Made by a program: the position numbers and the translations under genes. From Bacilli bacterium (lineage in GTDB: Bacteria; Bacillota_I; Bacilli_A; RFN20; CAG-826): a stretch of DNA of 64,000 nt. The notes under the pieces were generated by a model. That model did no database searches and was not told the DNA's origin. It saw only the letters and a program-made list of their open reading frames with translations. The stretch is taken from contig JAQWCH010000003.1 in the NCBI GenBank assembly GCA_028705995.1, positions 13,385 to 77,384 of the forward strand. Direction: 5' to 3'. Below are positions 44,168 through 53,635 of this stretch, one piece after another (position 1 is the first letter of the stretch; each line of letters opens with the position of its first letter).

Positions 44168-44479
44168 ATGGCTAAAACAAGCAAAATCCGTGTTCGCCTA
44201 CAAGCCTACGATCATCAATTACTAGATTCTAGTGTTGAACGCATTGTAGATGCTGCAAAACGTACTGGCGCATCGGTTGTGGGTCCAATTCCGTTACCCA
44301 CGGAAAAACAAGTCTACACAGTCTTACGGGCGGTGCATAAATATAAAGATGCCCGCGAACAATTCGAAATTCGCACACACAAACGGTTAATCGACATTGT
44401 TAATCCCACAAAAGAAACGGTGGAATTAATTCGGCGGTTAGATCTCCCAAGTGGTGTCGATATCGACATTAAACTTTAA
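44168..44479 (+). CDS. rpsJ: 30S ribosomal protein S10
   Basis: [14 protein letters not shown]... is the canonical S10 sequence. GAGGAGG RBS. Confidence 0.97.
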   Translation: MAKTSKIRVRLQAYDHQLLDSSVERIVDAAKRTGASVVGPIPLPTEKQVYTVLRAVHKYKDAREQFEIRTHKRLIDIVNPTKETVELIRRLDLPSGVDIDIKL

Positions 44480-44493
44480 GGAGGTCCAACATT

Positions 44494-45192
44494 ATGAAAT
44501 CAATTCTCGGACGCAAAATGGGAATGACACAAGTCTTCGCAGCAGATGGAACAATGTATCCTGTTACTGTTGTTGAAGTGCTTCCAAATGTTGTTCTCCA
44601 AGTCAAAACAAATGAAAAGGATGGCTATGTCGCTGTCCAGGTCGGCGTTGAAGATAAAAAAGAACAACGCGCGAACAAAGCTGAAAAAGGGATTGCCGCA
44701 AAAGCTAATACGGCTCCGAAATATGAAGTCGTTGAATTACAAGGCGATGAATTAAGTAAGTATCAAGTTGGTGAATCAATCACTGTTGATATCTTCGAAG
44801 ATGGTGAAGTTGTTGATGTCGTTGGTACTTCAAAGGGCCACGGTTTCACAGGTGTGATTAAACGCTGGCACCAAGCAATCGGACCAAAAGGTCACGGTTC
44901 TGGTTTCCACCGTCAACTCGGTTCCCATTCCAATGGTCTTGGCTATAATCGTGTCTTCAAAGGCAAGAAAATGGCCGGTCATCATGGCAATCAACAAGCA
45001 ACAATTTTAAATCTTTTAGTTGTTAAAGTTTTGCCAGAGAAAAACGCCATTCTTATTAAAGGCGCCATTCCTGGTCCAAAAAAATCAATGGTCGTTGTTC
45101 GCACCGCAATCAAAGCGAAACAGCCAAAACTCGATGTTAAACCAATTATCAATCGGACAGTTGAAACTGTTGCGGTTGAAGAGAATCAATAA
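44494..45192 (+). CDS. rplC: 50S ribosomal protein L3 (about 20-aa C-terminal extension)
   Basis: ILGRKMGMTQVF, GTSKGHGFTGVIKRW. Confidence 0.97.
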   Translation: MKSILGRKMGMTQVFAADGTMYPVTVVEVLPNVVLQVKTNEKDGYVAVQVGVEDKKEQRANKAEKGIAAKANTAPKYEVVELQGDELSKYQVGESITVDIFEDGEVVDVVGTSKGHGFTGVIKRWHQAIGPKGHGSGFHRQLGSHSNGLGYNRVFKGKKMAGHHGNQQATILNLLVVKVLPEKNAILIKGAIPGPKKSMVVVRTAIKAKQPKLDVKPIINRTVETVAVEENQ

Positions 45193-45206
45193 GGAGGAGC
45201 GGAATT

Positions 45207-45866
45207 ATGGCAACAGCAAAACGTAAAACCGTGACATATCCTCTTGTTAATCAAGCGGGAGAAAAGTCCTCAACGATGCGTCTTAACGCGGAAGTGTTTG
45301 GAATCGAACCAAATACTCAAGTAGTCTACGATGCAGTTCAAGTTTATTTAAGCAATCGTCGTCAAGCAACAGCAAAAACCAAATATCGTTCCGAAGTGAG
45401 CGGTGGTGGTAAAAAGCCATGGCGGCAAAAAGGCACTGGTCGTGCCCGGGCGGGTTCATCCCGTTCAACAATCTGGGTTGGTGGCGGTAAAGTTCATACA
45501 CCAGATGGCAACCAAAATTATAAACTTTCAATGAATAAGAGTGCGCATGATTTAGCCTTAAAGAGCGCCTTAAGCGCGATTGTTGAAAGCAAAGTGTTAA
45601 TTCTACTAGAAGATTTAAAACTTAGTGGAAAGACGAAAGAAGCCGTTGAAGTTTTAAAGAACATTGAAGCTAATGGCAAAGTGTTGTTAGTCGCTGATTA
45701 TGATGATGTTGAAATCGAACGCAGCGTCAGCAACTTGCCAGGTGTCAAACTCGTAAAATCAAATAACGTTTCAGTTTATGACCTTGTCAATTCTGACAAA
45801 GTTGTATTACTCAAAGATGTCGTCAAAGTCTTAACTGATCGCTTAGCAGTAGGAGGTAATGAATAA
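45207..45866 (+). CDS. rplD: 50S ribosomal protein L4
   Basis: GGGKKPWRQKGTGRARAGS. Confidence 0.97.
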   Translation: MATAKRKTVTYPLVNQAGEKSSTMRLNAEVFGIEPNTQVVYDAVQVYLSNRRQATAKTKYRSEVSGGGKKPWRQKGTGRARAGSSRSTIWVGGGKVHTPDGNQNYKLSMNKSAHDLALKSALSAIVESKVLILLEDLKLSGKTKEAVEVLKNIEANGKVLLVADYDDVEIERSVSNLPGVKLVKSNNVSVYDLVNSDKVVLLKDVVKVLTDRLAVGGNE

Positions 45867-46207
45867 TGGCACGGACCAAAAAAGTCGCGAAAAAAGTTGA
45901 ACAAGTGCGTAAAGCCACTGTTAAACAATACGATACAATCGTTCGCCCAATTATTACCGAAAAATCCATGGCTTTAATGCAAAGCCAAAACAAAGTAACC
46001 GTCGAAGTACCTGCTGATGCCAACAAGACTGCAATCAAATTAGCATTTGAAGCCGTCTTCAACGTCAAAGTGGAAAATGTCAACATCTCCAACGTCCGTT
46101 CAGAAAAAACACGGCGTGGTGGTCGTTACGAGGGACACGTCCCTGGTTACAAAAAAGCAATCGTGACAGTCGCTGAAGGCGATGCGATTGACTTATTTAA
46201 AGAATAA
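45866..46207 (+). CDS. rplW: 50S ribosomal protein L23 (basic N-terminal extension)
   Basis: IVRPIITEKS and KKAIVTV motifs. TAATG overlap with rplD. Confidence 0.95.
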   Translation: MARTKKVAKKVEQVRKATVKQYDTIVRPIITEKSMALMQSQNKVTVEVPADANKTAIKLAFEAVFNVKVENVNISNVRSEKTRRGGRYEGHVPGYKKAIVTVAEGDAIDLFKE

Positions 46208-46239
46208 GCTTGAGAGAGCGAATATAGGAGCAAAAAGAA

Positions 46240-47073
46240 ATGTCAATTAGAACTTATCGGCCGACGACTCCGTCGCGGCGCAATATGACCAATTCGACGT
46301 TTGAAGAAATCACCAAGACAACTCCTGAAAAGAACTTAACCGTTTCATTGAAAAAATCCGGTGGTCGTAATAACACTGGTAAAATCACAACCCGCCACAT
46401 CGGCGGTGGACACAAACGGCTTTATCGGTTGGTGGACTTCAAACGCAACAAAGATAATATTCCTGCACGCGTAAGCGCGATTGAATATGATCCAAACCGC
46501 AATGCAAACATTGCCTTACTAGTTTATGCCGATGGTGAAAAGCGCTATATTTTAGCGGCAAAAGGCCTTGGTGTTGATAGCAAAGTAATTAGTGGTGAAA
46601 AAGTCGATATTCAAGTCGGCAATGCCATGCCACTTGCGAACATTCCTGAAGGAACAGCAATTCACAATATTGAATTAGCCCCTGGTAAAGGTGGCCAAAT
46701 GGTGCGGGCAGCTGGTGCGGTGGCGCAATTACTTGGTAAAGAAGGCAAATATGCGATTGTCCGTCTTCAATCAGGCGAAACCCGCAAAGTACTACTTACT
46801 TGTCGGGCAACAATTGGTTCAGTCGGTAATGAAGACTACAACCTTATTAACTTAGGTAAAGCCGGAAAATCACGTTGGAAGGGCGTTCGCCCAACCGTTC
46901 GTGGATCGGTTATGAACCCAGTTGATCACCCACACGGTGGTGGTGAAGGTAAATCACCAGTTGGTCGTGACGCGCCAAGAACCCCATGGGGTAAAAAGGC
47001 AATGGGTGTGAAAACACGCAAGAGCAAAAAAGCTTCGACACGGTTAATCGTCCGTCGTCGGAATAAGAAATAA
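46240..47073 (+). CDS. rplB: 50S ribosomal protein L2
   Basis: [27 protein letters not shown]. Confidence 0.98.
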   Translation: MSIRTYRPTTPSRRNMTNSTFEEITKTTPEKNLTVSLKKSGGRNNTGKITTRHIGGGHKRLYRLVDFKRNKDNIPARVSAIEYDPNRNANIALLVYADGEKRYILAAKGLGVDSKVISGEKVDIQVGNAMPLANIPEGTAIHNIELAPGKGGQMVRAAGAVAQLLGKEGKYAIVRLQSGETRKVLLTCRATIGSVGNEDYNLINLGKAGKSRWKGVRPTVRGSVMNPVDHPHGGGEGKSPVGRDAPRTPWGKKAMGVKTRKSKKASTRLIVRRRNKK

Positions 47074-47091
47074 ACAAAGGAGGAATGAAAA

Positions 47092-47385
47092 ATGGCACGT
47101 AGTTTAAAAAAGGGTCCGTTCGCGGATGCTTACTTACTAAAAAAAGTCGATGCGCTTAATGCGAGCGGCAAAAAAGAAATTATTAAAACATGGTCACGTC
47201 GTTCAACGATTTATCCTTCCTTTGTTGAACACACATTTGCGGTTTATAACGGCAAAGAACATATTACGGTTTATGTAACCGAAGATATGGTTGGACACAA
47301 ACTCGGAGAATTCGCCCCGACGCGGAAATATTCTGGTCACACTGGTCATACAGCAAGTGATAAAGCCGCTTCGGTGAAAAAATAA
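47092..47385 (+). CDS. rpsS: 30S ribosomal protein S19
   Basis: [25 protein letters not shown]. Confidence 0.98.
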   Translation: MARSLKKGPFADAYLLKKVDALNASGKKEIIKTWSRRSTIYPSFVEHTFAVYNGKEHITVYVTEDMVGHKLGEFAPTRKYSGHTGHTASDKAASVKK

Positions 47386-47398
47386 GGGGTAAATAAAG

Positions 47399-47806
47399 AT
47401 GGCAAAAGAAAAAGTAACAAAAAAGGCACCGGCCAAGAAACCGGAGCCGGTCAAACCAGCTAAAGCCCCAGTCACGGAAGCGCGTGCAATCGCCAAGACC
47501 GTTCGACTAACTCCACGGAAGGCGCGGCTTGTAATTGACTTAGTTCGCGGTAAAAAAGTTAGCGATGCAATCGCTTTACTCACAAACGTTAACAAGTCAG
47601 CGACTGATCCTGTCCTCAAGACAATCAAGTCGGCAGCAGCAAACGCGATTAACAACTTCAATATGGCGGAAGATCAACTCTATATTAAAGAAATCTACGC
47701 GAATGATGGGATGCGGATGAAACGCTATCTCCCGCGGGCTAAAGGCTCTGCTTCAGGTTTATTAAAACGGACATGCCACATTACTGTGGTTGTCGCCGTT
47801 AAATAG
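47399..47806 (+). CDS. rplV: 50S ribosomal protein L22 (about 25-aa Lys/Pro/Ala-rich N-terminal extension)
   Basis: A canonical core begins at ARAIAKTVRLTPRKARLV, preceded by MAKEKVTKKAPAKKPEPVKPAKAPVTE. Confidence 0.95.
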   Translation: MAKEKVTKKAPAKKPEPVKPAKAPVTEARAIAKTVRLTPRKARLVIDLVRGKKVSDAIALLTNVNKSATDPVLKTIKSAAANAINNFNMAEDQLYIKEIYANDGMRMKRYLPRAKGSASGLLKRTCHITVVVAVK

Positions 47807-47823
47807 GAAAGGAAGGACGCAAA

Positions 47824-48501
47824 ATGGGACAAAAAGTAAATCCAGTTGGAATGCGTGTTGGTATCAACCGCAATTGGAGTTCACGTTGGTTCGCTGATAA
47901 AAAGAATTATGCGACCTTCTTAACTGAAGACATTGCAGTTCGTGAATATCTAACAAAAGAACTCAAAGACGCCCTTATTTCACACATTGAAATTGATCGG
48001 GCGAATACCGCTGATAGTGGTTTCTCCGTCGTTGTCGCCGTGCATGTTGCGCGGCCAGGTGTTGCAATTGGCACTGATGGCGCGACGATTAACCGCGTTA
48101 AAAAAGAACTTGAAAAAATGGTCAAGAGCGGAACATTACGCATCGATATTATCGAAGTGAAAAATCCTGATCTTGACGCAAACTTAGTCGCTCAAAGCAT
48201 TGCTAAGCAACTCGAAGAACGCGTTTCTTACCGTGTTGCGCAAAAGAAAACAATTGTCCGTGTTCGCAAGGCCGGTGCAAAAGGGATCAGAACGCTCGTT
48301 AGCGGCCGTTTAGGCGGTGCGGAAATTGCGCGTAACGAAGGTTATAAAGAAGGGGTTATTCCACTTCATACTTTACGGAGCGACATCGATTATGCCCAAG
48401 TAGAAGCCCATACAACCTATGGTCGCTTAGGCGTTAAAGTTTGGATTTGCCGTGGCGAAATTCGTCCAGAACGCAAAACCAAGAACACGAAAGGAGAGTA
48501 A
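47824..48501 (+). CDS. rpsC: 30S ribosomal protein S3
   Basis: [13 protein letters not shown], and [10 protein letters not shown] in the KH/S3-C domains. Confidence 0.98.
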   Translation: MGQKVNPVGMRVGINRNWSSRWFADKKNYATFLTEDIAVREYLTKELKDALISHIEIDRANTADSGFSVVVAVHVARPGVAIGTDGATINRVKKELEKMVKSGTLRIDIIEVKNPDLDANLVAQSIAKQLEERVSYRVAQKKTIVRVRKAGAKGIRTLVSGRLGGAEIARNEGYKEGVIPLHTLRSDIDYAQVEAHTTYGRLGVKVWICRGEIRPERKTKNTKGE

Positions 48502-48503
48502 AA

Positions 48504-48917
48504 ATGTTACAACCGAAACGTGTCAAATATCGTCGCCCGCATGGCATTAGCTATGAAGGCAAAGCAAAACGGGGTACTGATGTCTCTTTTGGTGAGTTTG
48601 GTCTCGAGGCCTTAATTGGTCACGAAATTACCAACCGGCAAATTGAATCAGCCCGGATTGTGCTCGCTTCTTACACGAAGCGGAACGGCCAAATTTGGGT
48701 AAGAATCTTCCCGCATTTAGCAAAAACAAAAAAACCGGCTGAAGTCCGGATGGGCTCTGGTAAAGGGGCGCCAGATAGTTGGGTTGCAATCGTCAAACGT
48801 GGTCAAATCATGTTTGAAATCGGTGGTGTCCCAGAAGCGATTGCGCGTGAAGCGTTACGTCTCGCTGGTTACAAATTACCAATTAAAACGCGGGTCGTTA
48901 GTAAGGAGGTCCGCTAA
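48504..48917 (+). CDS. rplP: 50S ribosomal protein L16
   Basis: [17 protein letters not shown] lies 8 nt upstream. The track start at 48441 lies inside rpsC. Confidence 0.97.
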   Translation: MLQPKRVKYRRPHGISYEGKAKRGTDVSFGEFGLEALIGHEITNRQIESARIVLASYTKRNGQIWVRIFPHLAKTKKPAEVRMGSGKGAPDSWVAIVKRGQIMFEIGGVPEAIAREALRLAGYKLPIKTRVVSKEVR

Positions 48918-48919
48918 TC

Positions 48920-49117
48920 ATGAAAATTAAAGAAATTCGTGAGATGGATACTCAAGCTTTAAACGGCAAAATCTACGATTTAAAAGAAGAATTATTCCAT
49001 CTTCGCCGCCGGCAAGCAGTCGGACAATTAGAACATGGTAAGGACATTACTCGTGTTCGGAAAGATATCGCCCGGATTTACACTGTTCTTCGTGAACGTG
49101 AACTGGGTATTAAATAG
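48920..49117 (+). CDS. rpmC: 50S ribosomal protein L29
   Basis: 65 aa, LKEELFHLRRRQA, correct position. Confidence 0.95.
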   Translation: MKIKEIREMDTQALNGKIYDLKEELFHLRRRQAVGQLEHGKDITRVRKDIARIYTVLRERELGIK

Positions 49118-49128
49118 GAGGTTAATGT

Positions 49129-49581
49129 ATGAGTGATACACGCAATGTGCGCCGGGAATTAGTCGGCATTGTCACATCCGATAAAATGGCGAAAACAATT
49201 GTCGTCTCAGTCGAAACACACCGTCGTCATAGCAAATATGGCAAACGGGTCAAATACGGAAAAACCTACTATGCTCATGATGAAAACAATGTTGCCAAGG
49301 TTGGTGACAAAGTATCTATCGCGGCAACTCGTCCATTAAGTGCCACCAAAAGATGGCGTTTAGTGAGCGTTATTGCCCAAGCTGAATTAACGGTTAAAGA
49401 AGCAGAAGCACTACGTGAAGAAGCTTTATTAGAAACAGTGGAAGCTGTTGAAGAAATCGAAAAAGAAGCGAAAGCTCGTCATGCTGAGGAAGAAAAGGCC
49501 AAAGTGCAAAAATCCAAAGCAGAAAAGGCGGAGCATGCTGTAGTTGAGGAGGATTCCAAAGATGATTCAGAAGGAAACTAA
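49129..49581 (+). CDS. rpsQ: 30S ribosomal protein S17 with a roughly 65-aa acidic/Lys-rich C-terminal extension
   Basis: A canonical core ([15 protein letters not shown]...KRWRLV) is followed by an [12 protein letters not shown]...[16 protein letters not shown] tail. The 3-prime end overlaps rplN by 20 nt. Confidence 0.93.
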   Translation: MSDTRNVRRELVGIVTSDKMAKTIVVSVETHRRHSKYGKRVKYGKTYYAHDENNVAKVGDKVSIAATRPLSATKRWRLVSVIAQAELTVKEAEALREEALLETVEAVEEIEKEAKARHAEEEKAKVQKSKAEKAEHAVVEEDSKDDSEGN

Positions 49582-49936
49582 CTTAGTTGTAGCAGATAAC
49601 TCGGGTGCGCGCAGCGTACGTGTCTTCAATATATATGGAGGCGGTAACCGCAAGTCGGCCTCGATTGGTGATGTGGTCTTATGCGCAGTTAAAGTTGCGA
49701 CCCCACATGCTAAAGTTAAAAAATCAGATGTTGTTAGAGCAATTATTGTGCGGACAAAAAAAGCGATTCAACGGGCCGATGGTTCAACAATTGCTTTTGA
49801 TGACAATGCGGTCGTCATCGTCAATGAAGATGGCAGCCCAGTTGGCACACGGGTCTTTGGGCCGGTCGCACGGGAACTTCGGGAAAAAGGTGAAGGCGCG
49901 ATGAAAATCGTCTCACTTGCTCCAGAAGTCTTATAG
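49562..49936 (+). CDS. rplN: 50S ribosomal protein L14
   Basis: [24 protein letters not shown] at 49546-49552 lies 9 nt upstream. Confidence 0.97.
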   Translation: MIQKETNLVVADNSGARSVRVFNIYGGGNRKSASIGDVVLCAVKVATPHAKVKKSDVVRAIIVRTKKAIQRADGSTIAFDDNAVVIVNEDGSPVGTRVFGPVARELREKGEGAMKIVSLAPEVL

Positions 49937-49947
49937 GAGGATCGGTT

Positions 49948-50259
49948 ATGAAAATCAAAGTTGGCGATAAAGTCAAAATCATCGCTGGAGCCGACAAAGG
50001 CAAAGAAGGCGTTGTCCAAAAAGTCTTACCAAAAGTGGAACGGGTTGTTGTAGAAGGAGTTAATGTTCATAAAAAGAATCGTAAACCAACACAACAAAAT
50101 CCTGAAGGTTCAGTCCTTGAAATCTATGTTCCAATCCATATCTCTAATGTGGCGTTAGTTGATCCGAAAACGAAAAAAGTTACCCGGGTTCACTATCAAG
50201 TAGATGAAAAAACTGGCAAAAAAATTCGCGTTTCAAACGCGGGAAATAAATTAGACTAG
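49948..50259 (+). CDS. rplX: 50S ribosomal protein L24
   Basis: [20 protein letters not shown] (KOW motif). Confidence 0.97.
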   Translation: MKIKVGDKVKIIAGADKGKEGVVQKVLPKVERVVVEGVNVHKKNRKPTQQNPEGSVLEIYVPIHISNVALVDPKTKKVTRVHYQVDEKTGKKIRVSNAGNKLD

Positions 50260-50270
50260 GAGGCGCGAAC

Positions 50271-50966
50271 ATGGTAGAAGAAAAGAAAACGGAAGTCGCT
50301 AAAGAAGAAGCGGCCCCGGCTAAAGCCAAAAAAGCACCAGCAAAAAAGAAAGTTGAAGCTTCGGTAGAAGTGAAAGCTGAAAAAAAGGTCGCAGCACCGA
50401 AAAAAGCGCAACCAGTTGCTAGTGTTAAATCGCGTTTAGAATTACGCTATAAAGCGGAAATCGTTCCAGCCTTAATGAAAAAATACAACTATGCATCCGT
50501 AATGGAAGCACCAGCTGTGAAAAAGATTGTCATTAATATGGGTGTTGGCGATGCAACAGCGAATAGCAAGTTGCTCGATGATGCCGTTAGTGAATTAAAG
50601 ACGATTTCTGGTCAAGCACCAGTGATTACAAAAGCAAAAAAATCAATTGCTAACTTCAAATTACGTGAAGGTCAAGAAATTGGTGCAAAAGTTACTTTAC
50701 GGGGAGTTCGTATGTACGATTTCCTTGATAAATTAATTTCAATCGCGCTCCCACGCGTGCGTGATTTCCGCGGCATCAGTAAGAATGCTTTCGATGGTCG
50801 CGGTAATTATACTCTCGGCGTCAAAGAGCAGCTGATTTTCCCAGAAATCAATTATGACAAAATCAACAAAATTCGCGGGATGGACATTGTGATTGTGACC
50901 TCTGCGAAAAATGATCAAGAAGCGTATACCTTATTAGAATTAATCGGTATGCCCTTCAAGAAGTAG
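50271..50966 (+). CDS. rplE: 50S ribosomal protein L5 with a roughly 50-aa Lys/Ala/Glu-rich N-terminal extension
   Basis: A canonical core begins at [19 protein letters not shown], preceded by [38 protein letters not shown]. Confidence 0.95.
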   Translation: MVEEKKTEVAKEEAAPAKAKKAPAKKKVEASVEVKAEKKVAAPKKAQPVASVKSRLELRYKAEIVPALMKKYNYASVMEAPAVKKIVINMGVGDATANSKLLDDAVSELKTISGQAPVITKAKKSIANFKLREGQEIGAKVTLRGVRMYDFLDKLISIALPRVRDFRGISKNAFDGRGNYTLGVKEQLIFPEINYDKINKIRGMDIVIVTSAKNDQEAYTLLELIGMPFKK

Positions 50967-50977
50967 GAGGACTATCA

Positions 50978-51163
50978 ATGGCGAAAACATCACTTCGGGT
51001 TCGGCAATCGCGCCCGCAAAAATTCAAAGTCCGGGAATATACCCGGTGCACACGCTGTGGACGTCCTCATAGCGTCTATCGTAAATTTGGACTCTGCCGG
51101 ATTTGCTTACGCGAACTCGCGTATAAAGGTGAAATCCCTGGCATGAAGAAATCCAGTTGGTAA
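50978..51163 (+). CDS. rpsN: 30S ribosomal protein S14 type Z (zinc-binding)
   Basis: 61 aa with CTRCGRP...CRIC. Confidence 0.97.
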   Translation: MAKTSLRVRQSRPQKFKVREYTRCTRCGRPHSVYRKFGLCRICLRELAYKGEIPGMKKSSW

Positions 51164-51176
51164 GGAGGAAATTACA

Positions 51177-51572
51177 ATGGGAATGACAGATCCAATTGCT
51201 GATATGCTAACACGCATCCGCAACGCCAACGCGCTTCGGTATGAAACGGTTAGTATGCCTTCAAGCCGCAACAAAGTGCAAATTGCACGTATCTTAAAAG
51301 AACAAGGCTTTATCGTTGACTATAAAGTCGAAGGCGAACTAAAGAAAACCCTCACCCTTAATCTTAAATACGGTGAAGGTGGCCAAAGAGTTATCTCTGG
51401 CTTAAAGAAAATATCTAAACCAGGTTTACGCGTTACAGCGCAAGCCACCAAGCTTCCGCACGTGCTTAGAGGTTTAGGCATTGCGATTATCTCCACTTCA
51501 CAAGGGATGATGACTGATCGTCAAGCTCGTTCACTCGGGGTTGGCGGTGAAGTAATCGCCTACGTGTGGTAA
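51177..51572 (+). CDS. rpsH: 30S ribosomal protein S8
   Basis: [19 protein letters not shown] lies 8 nt upstream. Confidence 0.97.
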   Translation: MGMTDPIADMLTRIRNANALRYETVSMPSSRNKVQIARILKEQGFIVDYKVEGELKKTLTLNLKYGEGGQRVISGLKKISKPGLRVTAQATKLPHVLRGLGIAIISTSQGMMTDRQARSLGVGGEVIAYVW

Positions 51573-51587
51573 GAAAGGAATTAAACC

Positions 51588-52130
51588 ATGTCACGTATCG
51601 GAAACAAAGTTATCGAGATTCCATCTGGTGTTACACTGGCGCTCGAGCACAATGTCGCCACCGTTAAAGGTCCTAAAGGCGAATTAAAAGTCGCCTTACC
51701 AAAAGGTATTACCGTTGAACAAGACGAACATAACATTACGGTTAAACGGACTAATAACGAAATTCAACAACGCGAAAATCACGGAACAACGCGCGCTTTA
51801 CTCCATAATGCGATTGTCGGTGTCTCCCAAGGGTTTAGTAAAAAACTTGAATTAGTTGGTATCGGCTTTAAAGCCACACAAAAAGGGAACGCCGTCCTCT
51901 TAGATCTCGGCTACTCTCACTCAACAACAATTGAACCAGAAGCAAACGCGACGATTGTTGTTAAATCAGCAACCGAAATCATTGTTGAAGGGATTGACCG
52001 GCAAGCAGTTGGCCAAACCGCGGCGAATATCCGTGCCCTTCGTAAACCAGAACCTTATCTAGGTAAAGGTGTTAAATACAGTGATGAAAAGATTCTACGG
52101 CGCGAAGGTAAACGCGCTGGGAAGAAATAA
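51588..52130 (+). CDS. rplF: 50S ribosomal protein L6
   Basis: MSRIGNKVIEIP, EPYLGKGVKY. Confidence 0.97.
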   Translation: MSRIGNKVIEIPSGVTLALEHNVATVKGPKGELKVALPKGITVEQDEHNITVKRTNNEIQQRENHGTTRALLHNAIVGVSQGFSKKLELVGIGFKATQKGNAVLLDLGYSHSTTIEPEANATIVVKSATEIIVEGIDRQAVGQTAANIRALRKPEPYLGKGVKYSDEKILRREGKRAGKK

Positions 52131-52148
52131 GGAAAGGAGTAAACACGT

Positions 52149-52505
52149 ATGATTAATCAAATTGATAAAAACAAAATTCGTCTTCGTCGGCATATTCGTG
52201 TACGGCGGAAAATTAGTGGTACTGCGGAAACTCCTCGCTTATGTGTCTTCCGTTCTAACAAGCATATTGAAGCGCAAATCATTGATGATGTTGCTGCAAA
52301 AACGCTTGTCAGTGCTTCGAGTTTAGCTTTACACCTCGCAAATGGCAGTAATGTTGATGCCGCCACGCTAGTTGGCGAAGAAATCGCCAAAAAAGCAGTG
52401 GCTGCTGGTATCAGCAAAGTTGTGTTTGATCGCGGTGGTTATATTTATCATGGGCGCGTCCAAGCGCTCGCGGAGGGTGCCCGTAAGGGTGGCCTCACGT
52501 TCTAG
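52149..52505 (+). CDS. rplR: 50S ribosomal protein L18
   Basis: [38 protein letters not shown]. Confidence 0.97.
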   Translation: MINQIDKNKIRLRRHIRVRRKISGTAETPRLCVFRSNKHIEAQIIDDVAAKTLVSASSLALHLANGSNVDAATLVGEEIAKKAVAAGISKVVFDRGGYIYHGRVQALAEGARKGGLTF

Positions 52506-52517
52506 GAGGAAATGCTC

Positions 52518-53135
52518 ATGGATAACGAAAAAGAATTATTAGCTCCAGAAGCACAAGAAATTGTAAAAGCTGATGAAAGCGTCAAAGAAGAAAGTGGGGA
52601 TAAAAACCTACGGATGAATCGGCGCGGTGGTCGGCGTGGAACAAAACGTGGCGCTCGGCGTCCACGCGAAGTAAAAGAATTTGAAGAACGCGTTGTTTAT
52701 ATCAACCGTGTTTCAAAAACCTTAAAAGGTGGCCGGCGGATGCGTTTCGCGGCGGTAACCGTAATTGGTGATGGCAAAGGCCGCTATGGTTATGCCAACG
52801 CAAAAGCAGCGGAAGTACCGGATGCGATTAAAAAGTCAATTGAAGCCGCAAAAAAAGATGTGCGTAAATTGGAAATCGTTGAAGGTGGCACAATTGCTCA
52901 CGAAGTAATTGGAAAATTTGGCGCTTGCCGTGTTTTCCTTAAGCCCGCTCCTGATGGTACGGGGATTATTGCTGGCGGTCCAGTTCGCGCAATTCTCGAA
53001 CTCGCCGGTATTAAAAATGTCTATTCAAAAGTCTATGGTTCACGCAACGCCCTGAATGTCATTCGGGCAACTGTTGCCGGACTAAGTGATTTAAAATCCG
53101 TCGCGCAAGTGCAAGCACTCCGCGGTAATAAATAA
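52518..53135 (+). CDS. rpsE: 30S ribosomal protein S5 with a roughly 45-aa charged N-terminal extension
   Basis: A core beginning at [29 protein letters not shown] at 52504-52509 favours the ATG at 52518. Confidence 0.95.
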   Translation: MDNEKELLAPEAQEIVKADESVKEESGDKNLRMNRRGGRRGTKRGARRPREVKEFEERVVYINRVSKTLKGGRRMRFAAVTVIGDGKGRYGYANAKAAEVPDAIKKSIEAAKKDVRKLEIVEGGTIAHEVIGKFGACRVFLKPAPDGTGIIAGGPVRAILELAGIKNVYSKVYGSRNALNVIRATVAGLSDLKSVAQVQALRGNK

Positions 53136-53183
53136 GTCTTGGGTTACCAGTGACGAAATATTAAAATTAAGGAGATGCAAAAC

Positions 53184-53633
53184 ATGAAGTTACATGAACT
53201 CGCCGCAAATGACGGCGCACGCAAAACCGGCACACGTCGGGGACGGGGTGAAGGATCAGGTCTAGGAAAAAATTCCGGTACTGGTCATAAAGGACAAAGA
53301 TCACGGGGCCGGGGTAAGATTCGTCTCGGTTTCGAAGGTGGACAAAACCCACTTAATCGGCGTTTACCAAAACGCGGCTTCCGCAACCCATATGGAACGG
53401 AATACGCGATTGTAAATGTCAAAGATTTAAATCGTTTTGAAGACGGAACCCACGTTAATCCCGCTTTACTTGTCGAAAGTGGACTAGTGAAAAAGGAATA
53501 CGCAGGTGTTAAAATCTTAGGTAATGGTGAATTAACCAAAAAACTAACAGTTGAAGCCCACAAGTTTTCACAAAGCGCCTTAGCTGCCATTGGGCAAGCG
53601 GGCGGTGAAGCGAAAGTCATCGAGGTAGCTTAG
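53184..53633 (+). CDS. rplO: 50S ribosomal protein L15
   Basis: MKLHEL...[25 protein letters not shown] lies 9 nt upstream of 53184. There is no rpmD between rpsE and rplO. Confidence 0.96.
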   Translation: MKLHELAANDGARKTGTRRGRGEGSGLGKNSGTGHKGQRSRGRGKIRLGFEGGQNPLNRRLPKRGFRNPYGTEYAIVNVKDLNRFEDGTHVNPALLVESGLVKKEYAGVKILGNGELTKKLTVEAHKFSQSALAAIGQAGGEAKVIEVA

Positions 53634-53635
53634 CC

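Noticed and set aside
47203-47661. 152-aa minus-strand ORF antisense to rpsS and rplV
   Set aside because: It lies entirely inside two highly conserved ribosomal protein genes. Its product is low-complexity, it has no RBS, and it is a typical antisense open frame in codon-biased genes.
53136-53183. A hidden small rpmD ORF between rpsE and rplO
   Set aside because: The spacer is too short (about 48 nt) and holds only the rplO RBS.
53285-53620. 111-aa minus-strand ORF antisense to rplO, plus the ORFs at 53167-53352 and 53617-53835
   Set aside because: They are antisense to rplO and secY, with no independent signals. I consider them spurious.
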